Assembly: GCA_903813345.2 (NCBI GenBank) | Contig: CAIIXF020000001.1 | Span: forward strand, 43,276,001-43,340,000 | Direction: 5' to 3' | DNA from: Owenia fusiformis | Lineage: Eukaryota | DNA length: 64,000 nucleotides | Shown here: positions 13,742 through 26,900 of the stretch, in pieces | Numbering within the stretch: position 1 is the first letter of the stretch | How the letters are laid out: the number at the start of each line of letters is the position of its first letter | Program-made: the position numbers and the translations under genes | The notes under the pieces: generated by a model | The model's database searches: none | The model's input: only the letters and a program-made list of their open reading frames with translations | What the model was told of the DNA's origin: nothing

Positions 13742-14375
13742 ACAGGCCTGTCAACTGTCCCGCAATTTGCGTATTTGTCACGCATTTGCTGAAGAATTTG
13801 AAGTCACGCCAGTTATTTTTGCGTGACAGAAAATGTCACGCAAATACGCATTTTACCTGGTAATTGTCAAGCGAAAATATATCTGTAGAAAATTTTCTAA
13901 AAAAGATCGTCTACACAGCAAAAATACGAACGACGGGAAAAATCGTACGCAGTTCGTTCGGACTTTTCACGCGAATTACGGATATGTCACGCATTCCGTT
14001 TGAAATTTTTCGAATCTCCCCCCCCCCCCTCGGACTTTTCACGCGAATTACGGATATGTCACGCATTCCGTTTGAAATTTTTCGAATTATTTGCAATAAG
14101 GCTTGTCTAGTAAATGTCTACAGTTTACAATTTAGTGTGGGCGATAATATGTTTATTTTATGTAGTTACAAGTAAACAGACGTTTATCTGCATAGATCGT
14201 CAAATATAAGACCAAAATGAAAATTAGTTTGCATCTTCTAATGTTCCGTCAACTAAAACATTGTTCAAAAATACCCATGAAGCACAATATTTAGAGGAAA
14301 TTAGAAAATAAATGAGAAAAATGTAAATTTACCAAATTTAGCGCCAGGGAGCCTTTCGTAATTGATTTTCAAAAC

Positions 14376-14928
14376 ATGGCTGCAAATGTGAGACAGAGGA
14401 CCGTTCATGGACAGTCAAAAAACGTTGAAAATAATCACTTTTTCGATGCTGATCTAGACAAAACTAACGGTCGAGAGAGGAGATATCTCAAGGAATATAT
14501 ATGGCTAATAGTTTTCTTATTTGTAGGCTCATGTTTTGCAATAATTCACTTTGAGGACAACCGTTTCCCTGAAGCCAAAACTGTTGCCAATGCAAACCCT
14601 GAGGATTTTGTTGAGGAAAGGGCAAGACAGTATCTCCTTAGTTTAACAGACTTAGGTCCAAGACCTGTAGGTAGCCATGCAAACGAAGTATTGGCACCTA
14701 AAATACTTCTTGAACATCTTCATCAAATTAAATCAAGATTATCTCCAGCCAGTGAACTGGAAATAGATGTTCAAAATGTAACAGGCTCGTTTACGCTTAA
14801 ATTTCTGGGGGAATTCTCCAGCTATTACGAAAATGTGAACAATGTCCTTGCAAAACTTGGCCCTAAGGGAGGATCACAGCACAGTCTACTTGTCAACTGT
14901 CATTATGATTCTGTGATAGACAGTCCAG
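14376..14928 (+). CDS. ERMP1: ERMP1 exon 1
   Basis: ATG, one TM segment, [10 protein letters not shown] and HYDSVIDSP; donor GTAAGT. Confidence 0.93.
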
Positions 14929-17900
14929 GTAAGTTGGGATAAGAACAGATCTACTCTAATGCACATACGATTAAGTGCAGGATTCCGTCTGGTACAACCG
15001 GGACAATGTTAGATATTGTAACAAGTTTTGTAATAACACATACAATGTTAAATAATGTAACAATGTCTGGTACAACCGTGATAATGTCATAAATTGTAAC
15101 ATGTTCTTTAACAACACATACTATGTTAAACAATGTAACAATGTCTTGTACAACCGTGACACAATGTTAAAAACTGAAACACATTTTGTAACAAACAGAT
15201 ACAATGTTCAATAATGTGACACTGACAATGGCTGGTACAACCGTGACAATGTTAAATAATGTTGTCTCATGCATAGCTACGGTTGTGGCAGAAAATTATA
15301 ACGTGCCACAGTTGCACCAGATCCTATCTGCAGAATTTGTTAACATTGCCACCGTTGTACCAGACTGAATCTTGCATTTGATCATGTCTCCTCTAATCCC
15401 CAGCATTACAACAGATCTGCTCTTAAATGCCAGGTGTAAGAACAGCTCTACTCTAATGCCTGGCATAAGAATAGATCTACTCGTATGCTCGGCATAAGAA
15501 TTAAACTTATTTTGCCCAAACCTTATGTTTGCTGATGTCTGAGTAAAAGTTAGACGGTGAACACCGCCTCTAATGCGTTGGATTGTCGTAAGGACTTGCG
15601 ATCCTCAGAGACCCAGAGGGTGCATGAATGCACCTAAGTAAAAGTAGGAATCCAAGTTCAAATGTTGGGGTTTATTTTGGGGTTTGATATAAATCAAGAA
15701 ATGGTACAACATTATTAAGCCCATAGCCAGCTCGAAACTCTCCCTCTGGCCAAAAATGTGTTTAAAATTATACCATTTCGAGCACTTCAAGTGATTTTAA
15801 TCAATTTCAAATTTGAACCCCCTGGAATTTTTTTAAAACTGAACCCCACCCCTTGGCAAAAACTGACTTGCTAATCATTTTATCATATCTTATCTTGATG
15901 GATCCGTCTAAAGACAACTTTGTATAGACAAGTAATAAACCTATAGCATAGAGATTACTTTGTAATATAATTAAGCCAGAGTATTAATTACTTGTCAATT
16001 GGTACATGGTGGTAAGGATGAGATAATTATTTGCGTTTATTATGATTTTTTGTTCATGCATCTGATTCTTTCTGATATGACCATGAATATATTGCAAGGA
16101 AGTTATAACAAATCTGGCTCCAATAAATTTAGATTAACAATTTGAACTAGTCACCAACTTGATATTTAGTGATTTGTATAATGACATTTTGTTATTTAAG
16201 GTGCAAGTGATGATGCTATTAGTTGCGCCCTCATGATGGAAGCCCTCAACGTTCTAGCCACTAGGCCCTATGCCCTACCCCACAATGTTATCTTTATATT
16301 CAACGGGGCTGAAGAAAATATTCTACAGGTAACATTGTACATTCCATTTATTATCACAAGAAATGTTTCGTGCAATTAAAATTAGTGAATCTTGCAGGGG
16401 AAAAATCTAAGCTTGAAGAAATTGTTCATGTAGAAAGTAAATTAATTGCCTTTTAAAATTGAAAATGGTGCAAGTATTGTTTTCGGTTTTAAAACTTGTA
16501 CTGGTCAAGTGAGGAATTTTTAAGTAATTATAAAATCAGTTTGATAGTCAAAGTCAAGGATAGAGACTAAATTCAAACCATCATTTTTTAAAGGAACTAG
16601 TTCAAGAAGGTTTCATGAAGAATGTATTCTTATGTTTTGAGCCCAAATCCTCATGAATGAAATAACTTGCAATTAAAACTGAATATTTACTGAGTTTTAG
16701 TTGTCATACTATGCTAGAGTGTACAATAACATATGTGCCTGTTACTAAAGACATTAAACTCTACGGTTGTATTTGTTTACTGATTCTGTTAAAATATAGG
16801 ATTTTGTCTTACATTATTGATGACGTTCAATCTAATATTACACACAGTATAGTCATAATCAGTGATAAGTACTTAATACTCATTTAGATTAGGTACCAAA
16901 GGTTCATGCATCAATCTAGATACTCTAAAACACACACACCTTCATACCTTGCAAATTTTACATATGTGATTATTATATATTATTATGGTTCATCTACTTC
17001 ATTTCAACTATTTTTATCACAAGTGCTATATTGTTTTGGCCTTGCGCATATACCTTCTGTTCTTTGCCTCAGCATGGATTATGTTAGAATCAAAATGGTG
17101 TATGCATCTGTCTGCATATGTGGGTGCCATAATAATCTTGTTAAATAACATTTTAAATAAATGTTTTATTAGTCTTGTACTACATTATTCCTCTCCCCAA
17201 AATCTGTTTCTCCTGAGATCCTGGACCTGTGTTGAAGGATAATCAGACCAAAATTGGTGAAAATATGCCTATTTTTCATGATTTTTCTCATTTTCAAATG
17301 TGTGCAAATGAATTCTCAGGTGGGTGCTAGGCTAATATCAGAATCTCAGTTGGGTGCTGCACCCACTTGCCTTAATACTGGGGAGATCACTGCTTATTAA
17401 TGAACTGAAAATAAAATACTCTAAACTGAATGGCTTAGACACACTTGGCATATTTGTATCTTTTTTTAGATAATATCAAGTAAGGAAATTATTTACCATT
17501 GACAGGTTCCTATATTTTCTTTTCATTGATAATCTATTATTTTATCCAAGACAGAACTGTGAATATTATATAGACATTTTATTTAACAATCAATACACCA
17601 GCATATTTGCTTTGAGTGCTTTATTGACTAGTTAATCAATATAAAGCTCTACAATAAAGCTTGTTCCAACTTATTGTTATACCTGTTAGGGTAAATATCA
17701 GATATCATTAGATAGACTTTAGATAAAGTGGGGTGTGTTAAGGGGTGTGTTGTAGGGTAATACTTTGGACCAGGAAGTTGTCTGAACTGGAACTGATTGG
17801 CTGAGTTGTTAAAGAAAATACAAGTGGTCCATATAATTACTGGTTAAAGTGCAAATCTAAAAAATACACTTTCTATCAAATATCAATAATTAACTCTGTG

Positions 17901-20900
17901 AGCTACCACATATCCCCATTATTTTAGTTATACACAGATTTTGTTCTTACTGTTTTGATATGATGTAGTAATGCTTTTGTTTATCGACATTGTAAAAATA
18001 CAGTGTCCAGGCAGGATTTAATGGACAATTGATGAGATTCAAATATTCAAATTAATTTCTGAGTACATTCTTAAATACTGATGACTGCCTATATATTGAA
18101 TTAACTCCATATGTTTTCACATTTTTACAATGTGTTCCTGTTATTTATAGGTTGCGCTTTTTGAGTAGGTTTTATAAAGTTCAAAGTCAAACAAAATCAA
18201 TTATATGATCTGCTACTCATTTCTAATAGACTAAATGCGAGTAGAAATAATTTTGATTTATGTCATTAAGTATTCAAAATTCAGTCAAAGTGATGTCATA
18301 TTTGAAATCTACATGTAAAAGTACATCTAGAAATATAGTTTTGAAAATCGTTTATCAACTTTGAAAATTTAATTTCTTTGAAAATGTGACTTTTAGTTTG
18401 GGTTGATTCCCCATAGACCCTATGTTACAAAATCTTAAAAAGTGAAATATCTTTTCTTGTATTGGACAGATAATATTTTATTTTACAGGACATATTTTAA
18501 TTTGCACAACTATTAGATACATAAGGGTAATGTGAAAATTGAACCACTAAAACAATTGTAATTTAAGTTAAAGGGAACTTTCTACTATACCCGCCATGTT
18601 ATCTGACCCAAATGAGCCACCTGGTGGTGAAACTTGTAACAACCTACTCGCATATGCGTTATATAAAAAGTATTATTACAATATTTGTTTTGCAGGAAAA
18701 GCTGCATTTGTATTTCACTTTGCTTAAAATAACTTTGTCTCCAGGCCAGTCATGGATTCATCACTCAGCACCCCTGGGCTAAATCTGTCCGTGCATTCTA
18801 CAACCTCGAAGCAGCTGGGGCGGGAGGACGAGAACTAGTCTTTCAGACAGGTTTGTTAATATTTCATTGTATGAAAGAACAAGCTGGTTCATGATATGCA
18901 ATATCTGCTTTTATATTTGAGTATTTAAGTAAAGTATATTCTGAAAAATTGTCTTAAGAATTTGAAATTTTTAGTATTTGAAAATTCCAACTTTACAACT
19001 TTTCCTGGGGGAGTTCCATGAGAAATATGTCAGAGTGTAAAACATCTCGAAACAAAGATAGCATGTATTTAAAACAATCATAACAAGAACATTTTCACAT
19101 ATTTAAAATAATCATAACAAGAACATTTTCACATATATAAAACAATCATAACAAGAACATTTTCACATATTTAAAACAATCATAACAAGAACATTTTCAC
19201 ATATTTAAAACAATCATAACAAGAACATTTTCACATATTTAAAGCTGGACTTCGCTCCGAAACGCAATCTTGGGTTGTTTCGGGGGTGAACTTTATCATT
19301 TTGAGCTTAATGAAAGATTATAGAATGATGAACAAATGGGGCAAATCTTGTGTAGAAATACTTACGATAAATGTGTCATTTCAAAGATTTTTCATTGAAT
19401 TGATTCGATCGGAGCCGGCGATATGATTTTGGAAAGGTTTCTAAATGAAGAACGTGACGTCACTTCCGAATCATAGCATTCAAAATAAGTAGCGTTTAAT
19501 TACTTCCACCATTCATAATAACACGGTGGTCTAGCGGTAGAATCCTTGCTTAGCACGCGGGAGGCCCGGGTTCGAATCCCGCATTCGCCTTTTTATTTTT
19601 TTAACTAAATGATTGTTCTTTGATATTACACAGAAAAAAACAATTTTTATTTACATAAACTTTGTATTAGAACTTGAAAATGTAAAAACAATATATGTCA
19701 ACATATTGCGTTTTGGAGCGATGTGCAGGTTTAAAACAATCATAACAAGAACATTTTCACATATTTAAAACAATCATAACAAGAACATTTTCACATATTT
19801 AAAACAATCATAACAAGAACATTTTCACATATTTAAAACAATCATTCCATATTTTTATTAATCATTGTTAGTTGAATTATTTACTTTTTTATTGCTGTAT
19901 ATTCAGGTCCGGAACATCCTTGGTTGATTCAGACGTATGCACAGTCAGCAAAATATCCATTTGCTTCCATATTTGGTCAGGAAGTATTCGAGAGTGGACT
20001 TATTCCATCAGATACAGATTTTAGGATATACCGTGACTATGGAGGTGTTCCAGGTACTTTTTCATCTGAATGATTATTTTATTCCACAAAATAAATGGTA
20101 TATCATGAAAAAAACTGCAAGTTATCTTCAAATTCAGTTTACCCAATCACATTGCTAACATAATATTTTGATTTCGTTAATTAGGTATTGATGTAGCCTA
20201 TGTGTCCAATGGTTATGTCTACCACACCAAGTATGATGACCCAGATAGAATTCCACCAGGCTGCATGCAGAGAGGAGGTAACTAGAAATACTTAAACAAC
20301 TGTATAAGTAGGAATACAATATTCCAATGTATAAGGAGGTTATTCCTAGGGAGAGGCTGTATATGGGTTTTATCATGAAGGATGATATCTGACTAAGGGA
20401 AAGATATCAAATCCTGAAGGATAAAACCAAATTAACATCTAGATGGGAGTATGAATTTTTGTCCCATTGAAAAAGCTCATGACAAAAAATGTTTAGAATG
20501 TACAGAAGGTGGGTGTGAGATGGGTTTGTAATTTCATCATGGTTTGACCCTCCCTATATCTAAAAAAAATTTTATTTGTCTTTCACTTAAAGGGTTCCGA
20601 TTAGCATCCCGTATAAAAACAATATGGCGGCTCCAGGCGAATCAACTGGATCAGTCCATTTTTAAGAAATAAGGGGAGTTCTGTAAAATCCAGTTTATTG
20701 AAATTTTCTTTGAGATAAAGTAATCCGTTTATAATGATTTTGAAAACGTTATCCAAAGAGTGATTGCGTTCAAATAATACATGTACAACAGCCAATATAA
20801 ATTCTTGTATTATAAACCGGTTTGTCTTGCTTTGTTTCATTTGTAGGATATTTCATATGCCAAGCTGTGTGCTATTACGTTATGGGGAAATTTAGATGCC

Positions 20901-23900
20901 AATTTTTCCTTATTATATAGCCTTGCCCAAGTCGGTATTTTTTACTTATCTGATCTTGAATTATTACCGCCTTGTACAATCCAATACATCTCCGCTGTTA
21001 TTATGCTGAAATATTCAACGGTTTCGAGATTTCCATAATACCTACGCTATCAGGGGTATCGCGAAACCTTATTGATTGACAGATATCGCGTGGACACGAC
21101 GTGTGACTTCAGGCTGAATGACCAATCAAAACGTTATTAGGTTGAGCTGCATAAACAAAACAAACTTCCCATCTACGACTTGAAATTCAATGATCTGATC
21201 GAGTGTTTCTTTAGAGTTACAATATATTATGTAATTAAATGTACATTGTAAGGTAAGAGTCATTAATATAAATTAAATCATGCGATTCAATGTTGATTTA
21301 AAACTGATTTCGCGATGAAAATGCACGAATGGCCTAGTTCAATGTAGCGGGTCATGTTGTCGTCGATCGGTGATTGAATCTCAGCCTACATGTTCAGCGA
21401 TCGTTTCAACGTTTATTGTTGAAATCTTCTCACCTTTGGTTATCCGATCGATGCCCCGGCATCCACTAAACTCTCATTGATATTTATCTGATAAAATATT
21501 TGTATTTTCATGATGAATTCGTGCTCAGATTCGTGCAAGATTTGTTCGTGAAAAGTCCCGGTGAAAAGTGTACTTGTTTTTGACCGTGCATAACGATGAG
21601 CTAACGCTACAGGGCCGTCGTTGATTGGTCAAATTTTACCGACATCAACAAACTGTCGGTAAAGCACGTGGCTTTCTCTTTGGTACAAGGCGGTCATAAT
21701 AGAAATCAAGATTAGTAAAAGAGACCGACTTGGGCAAGGCTACTTATTATACACAAATAGAAGATCCTGAAACTTCACCCATAAATGTGGAATTGATTTG
21801 TCAAAATAAAAATCACCCTTTTATAAATGTGTGACGATCTATAATATACTTATGCTATATAACAGTTAGAGGTGTTGACACAACGACCTCGAACCTGTGA
21901 ACCCTTGAGTATTATTCCGGGATCGGGCCTTTTATACTAAACGGTGAGCAACACCAGAAACGAGCGTTCGATTTGCTAAACGATATGCGTCACCCTTTAA
22001 ATATTTAAAAAATCAACATTTCGCTAACGACTGTCACATTATTTCAGGTGAAAATTTGCTGTCAAGTATCAAGGCTCTTGCCTCCTCTCCATATTTGGCA
22101 GAACCTGGTGAATATCGTCATGGAACAATGGTGTTCTTTGATTTCATTGGTTATTTCCTGGTGTTGTATCCTGAGAGAATGGGAATCATCCTCAACAGTA
22201 TGACAGTCCTGGTTGTCTTCATAGGGATACTCAGGAAAGTAGTGGGAAGAGACAAGATGCAACAACAGGGTATGTAACATGTGCACGAGTTATTACATTG
22301 ATATTTTAACATGCACATTGACATTTTAACATGCACATTGATATTTTAACATGCACATTGATAGTTTAGCATGTACATCAATATTATAACATGCAAAATC
22401 ATATTTTAACCTTAGTAATACCCAGACTAAATAAAATGTATCATAAACTAATAACTGATAAATATAATTGGTTAAATATTATTTGGATCCAGAGAATATG
22501 AAAACATAAGGTTACACTTGTTTCAATTAAATTGCAATTCAATTAGTAATCATTAAAGTCATAAAAATTGCATGTACTTTCTATTTTCAGGATTCCAAGG
22601 ATCACTTTATATTAAACATTTGATGATAGCTGCTGGATTCTTGCTGTTTAACTGGACCTTAGTGATCTTGACGTCTTTAGCTTTGGGCTTCTTCATGTAT
22701 ACAGTGGGTCGCCCCATGTGCTGGTTTTCCCACCATTTGTTCATGGTACCCATGTATGTAGTACCAGGAGTTCTGCTCTCCCTCACTCTACATAGCTTTA
22801 TAAAGGAGAAGTTTTATAAGGTGCACTGGTTTGTCATATGTTTTTCATTTAACAAACTCTCAGTTGTTGTTTTTTTTATTAAGAATTGTAATTTATTTTG
22901 ATTAATTTTCTCAAAGCTAAATCAAAACCACAATATTTTGTTTTACTCACATGTTCAAAATATTATGAAATGATAATTAGAAGTATCAATAAGTTCCATA
23001 AAGAACCATAAAGTTCCATATGGTATTTATAATGAAAAGGTAAATGTAACCATTCAAGTTCAATTTGCTTTTCAGAATGTATTCGATTTATACAATGTTG
23101 AGAGGGTTTACTTTGATGCACACATCTGCATGGTATCCCTCCTACTTGGCTTTATGACATACAAGGGAGTCTGTTCTGCTGTTATTGTGCTAGTCTGGGT
23201 CCTGTTCCCATTATGTATCAGGGACAGGGGGTGTCAGTTTCTCAATGTTAAATTATCAGGTCAGTACGTCTTATTTTTATGAATAATTTTACTCACTCTA
23301 TGTTATTACATTTGTATATTGTTTAATATGAATGGATTTAGATTCAGTCATTTTTCTGTGTAATTAAATTTTGTCATCTTTTATTCTACATTGTATTCCT
23401 ATGATACTGTTCTATTTTTGTCTTAGAAAACGATTGCAATTTAAATGGGTAATTCCAGGTAATCCAACAAAATTGCTCACAGTTCATCTAGTCTCATTGG
23501 CATTCCCTAGTCTGATAGGAATGTACCCTATATACGGGGTAACTGAAATGTTTGTGCCTGTCATGGGGAGGGTAGGCACTGAGGCCATCCCAGATGTCTT
23601 CATCGCAGGCCTTATGGCAGTATCAGTTGTATCACATATGGGATACCATGTAAGTGTATTAAAATTGTAGTCTCAGTAGTTTTTCTAGTCAACATGTTTT
23701 ATTATCCCACCGAACGAAGTTCGAGGATATAGAAAAGGCGTCCATCCATTTGTCCATCCGTCTGTCCATCCGTTCGTCTGTCTGTCTGTCCGGGCGATAA
23801 CTCAAATATCGGTTGACGAATTTAATTCAAATTTTATAGGCTTATGCCTTATGGGTATAGGACCTCTGCTCAAGAAGGAATTTTCAATATAGCCACTCAA

Positions 23901-26900
23901 TTCAAAATGACCGCCAATCTTTGATAACTCAAACTCTCGTTGACGGATTTGGTTCAAATTTTATATGCTGATGCCTAGGGACAAAGGAGCTATGTTGTTC
24001 TAGAAAGATTTTTAAAATGGCGCCTGAATTTCAAAATGGCTGCCATTTTTCATAAAAAAAGAAATGCTAGTTAATGAAACTCAAATGCTTATTGAAGGTT
24101 TGGTTTACATTTTATATGTTGATGCCTAGGGACAAACAAGCTCTGCTCAAGAATTTTCAAGATAGCCACTAATAATCAAAATATGTTTCGTGGGATTTGC
24201 TACTCCTTGGAGTTGCTGTTTTTCTAGTTTTAGTTCTTTATCCTCATTTTATTTTACTTGTGGTCATACAAATGAAGCCTCAATTCATATAATATTTTCC
24301 TGTCTTCTTATCCTAAACTATTGCTGTTGCAATTTGAAAAGCTACTTTGTAATCTCAATGTTGGATATAGGAACATGTGGCCTTAAATGTATTCATATAA
24401 ATCCTCTCATGTGAAATTTTTCTTTTGCAATAAAGCAATGTCAATATGAAAAGATAGAATAAACTTTCCATAGAGGTAGTGACATTTTTTCATGAAATCC
24501 CTTTCCTGAACTTACAGGTGTCCTTGACTTGGTGACCTTGACATGTGCCATTTATGTATTCCAAATTTTCTCTTTGAATAATGTTATGTTAATTCCTGGC
24601 GTGTTAACCAATATCATACCTTGTTATTTCACATCAAGATAAAGAAAGATGTAAGGAATATGCTTACATCGATTAAAACATCACAACGACGTGTTATATT
24701 CAAAAACTAACTAGAGAGAATTTGCGCAAACGAAGGTGGTACGGAAGAGACTTAATTCGTCTGTCATCGCTAAAGCTCTCGGGGTTTCCCTCCTCTTATG
24801 TAATCCCTTTCCTGAACTTATAGGTGACCTTGACCTGTTCTATTTATGTTTTGCAGATTGGGTTGATCTATATTACTGAGAATCTCTCTACTTTACGCAG
24901 AGGGCTGTTAGCAATTTTTCTATTTTTCCTTGCCCTGATGCTGTTTACACCATTAGGCTTTCCATATCGTGCCAATGAGCAATTTCCAACTAAACAACGA
25001 TCCATTCTTCATGTGAGTAAACTCTTTATTATCTCTGTATAAAATCAAATATAATGTTAGATTAATTCATTTGATGTTAATTAAGTGTTGATTTCTATTT
25101 TCTATCACGTTTTATTATAATCCACAGTATGGATGAACCCAATTATTTGTCAGTCATTACTGAAGTACTAAAATAAATTATTGTTCATTTTTTCCCCATC
25201 AAACAATTACATTAATTTTGTTATGCAAATACAGTGTACATGGTCTTTCAAGAGAAAGCCTATTGTTAATTTTTCGCACCCTAGTGGTACAGTATCAAGT
25301 TCCATATTGTATTTTAATGTCATCATAAAATTTGTCTTATAGCATATAGATAGACGCATCCATAATTTAGAAGGCCAAATCACCAAAGAAGATTCAGGGA
25401 TCTGGCTGATTCCATTTGACCAGTATTCTATAGAACCATTAAAGCAGGCTAATGTCTCTGCTTTACAAAATGTAACCCCCCTAGAATGCTCAGGTCCCTA
25501 TTGTGGTGTACCATACTATTTCCCTATGTTAATGTTAATGAGGTAAGAAACAACATGAAAGTCATATGTATGCAATATGCCTATCCAGTAAATATATCTT
25601 CTTTTGCTGGTTGTATAAGGGGTATTGTATTTTGTACAAGGTCACCTCTAAGTAATGTATTCCCCAGGGAGGAGGGAGCTTGCCAGTATTATTGCCCATG
25701 TTGTTTTCAAAATATGGTATTAGGGCACTGTAGTACTGCTCTCTAACTGCAATCACAAAATAGATTACTCAGGTATATGTACTCGGAGACTTCCCCCTCA
25801 CTAAAGGCACGAAACTCTCTAGAAATTCTTTTATCCCATATACTCTGTATATAATTCTTTATCCCATATACTTACATAGATACCCTCTAAATTCAAAATG
25901 AGTGACATATTTCCTGGATTGGCCTGTATATTGCATTATTACTTGTTTTGTCATGATATCCCTATCTGTACATGTACAGTATATATGGTACAATTATCTC
26001 CTCCCTCAGTTTATGATGCCATCCATAGTCCAAACCTACATCAGCGTCGATATTGTTAAATACAATGGCATGCATATTGAATGTTGTCAAAATGTATGGT
26101 TCCAGCATACTGATCGGAGATTCCATGATATACACGGCCGATTAAAGCATGTAGATTCTGGCCTCTGGTATATTCCATTTGACAATTATGGCATTTCACC
26201 AATGCGTTCTGAAGTCCCTGCATTCGAAAATATCCAACCCACAGAATGCACAAATAATGCATATTGTGGGTGGCCTTACATATTCCCAATTCACAGCATG
26301 TTTAGGTTGGTATGGTAACATCAGGTGGCTGAAAATCAACATGTCCTGTTAATAACACCGTCCTGTTGATAAATCCACTGAATTTTCGAAATCATTATCC
26401 CATCGAACGAAGTTCGGAGGGATATAGGGAACGCCTCCGTCCGTCCGTCCGTCCGTCCGTCCGTCCGTACGTACGTCCGTACGTACGTCCGTCCGTCCGT
26501 CCGTCTGTCCGTCCGTCCGTCCGTCCGTCCGGGCAATAACTCAAATACCGTTGGCCCGATTTTGTTCATATTTTGTACACATATACCCTATGGGGGTAGA
26601 AGTTCTGCTCGAAAGCCGATTTTCAAAATGGCCGCTCATTTCAAAATGGCGGCCATTTTAGTGTCGATTTTACAGTAATTTAGGTGCAATATGTAAAACT
26701 GTAATAGCAATATGTTTTAAATTTAAAAAAATTATAAAGGACATTAATAATGCTACAAATGTAGATATTAAAGAAGCACATGGCAGCCATCTTGAAAAAT
26801 GGCGGCCTTTACTCGTCATTTTACGATTTTTACTATAACTCGAAAAGTAGTGGAGCGATTTTGTTCATATTTGGTATGTGAATACTATAAGCATGGCACA

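Larger units (their letters stand above)
19067..19845. repeat. 34-bp minisatellite (ATTTAAAACAATCATAACAAGAACATTTTCACAT) interrupted by a MITE
   Basis: About 5 units before 19243 and about 3 after 19730, in register. Confidence 0.9.

Noticed and set aside
12740..13756. One MITE bounded by GTTGACAGGCCTG and CAGGCCTGTCAAC
   Set aside because: The two motifs are in the wrong order to enclose an element and are more likely ends of two separate copies.
15530..15620. Hammerhead ribozyme or structured ncRNA
   Set aside because: CTGATG is not followed by the required core and no GAAA/stem arrangement could be built.
19520..19594. Functional tRNA-Ala(AGC) gene
   Set aside because: The acceptor stem does not pair (AACACGG vs ATTCGCC) and the sequence lies inside a MITE.
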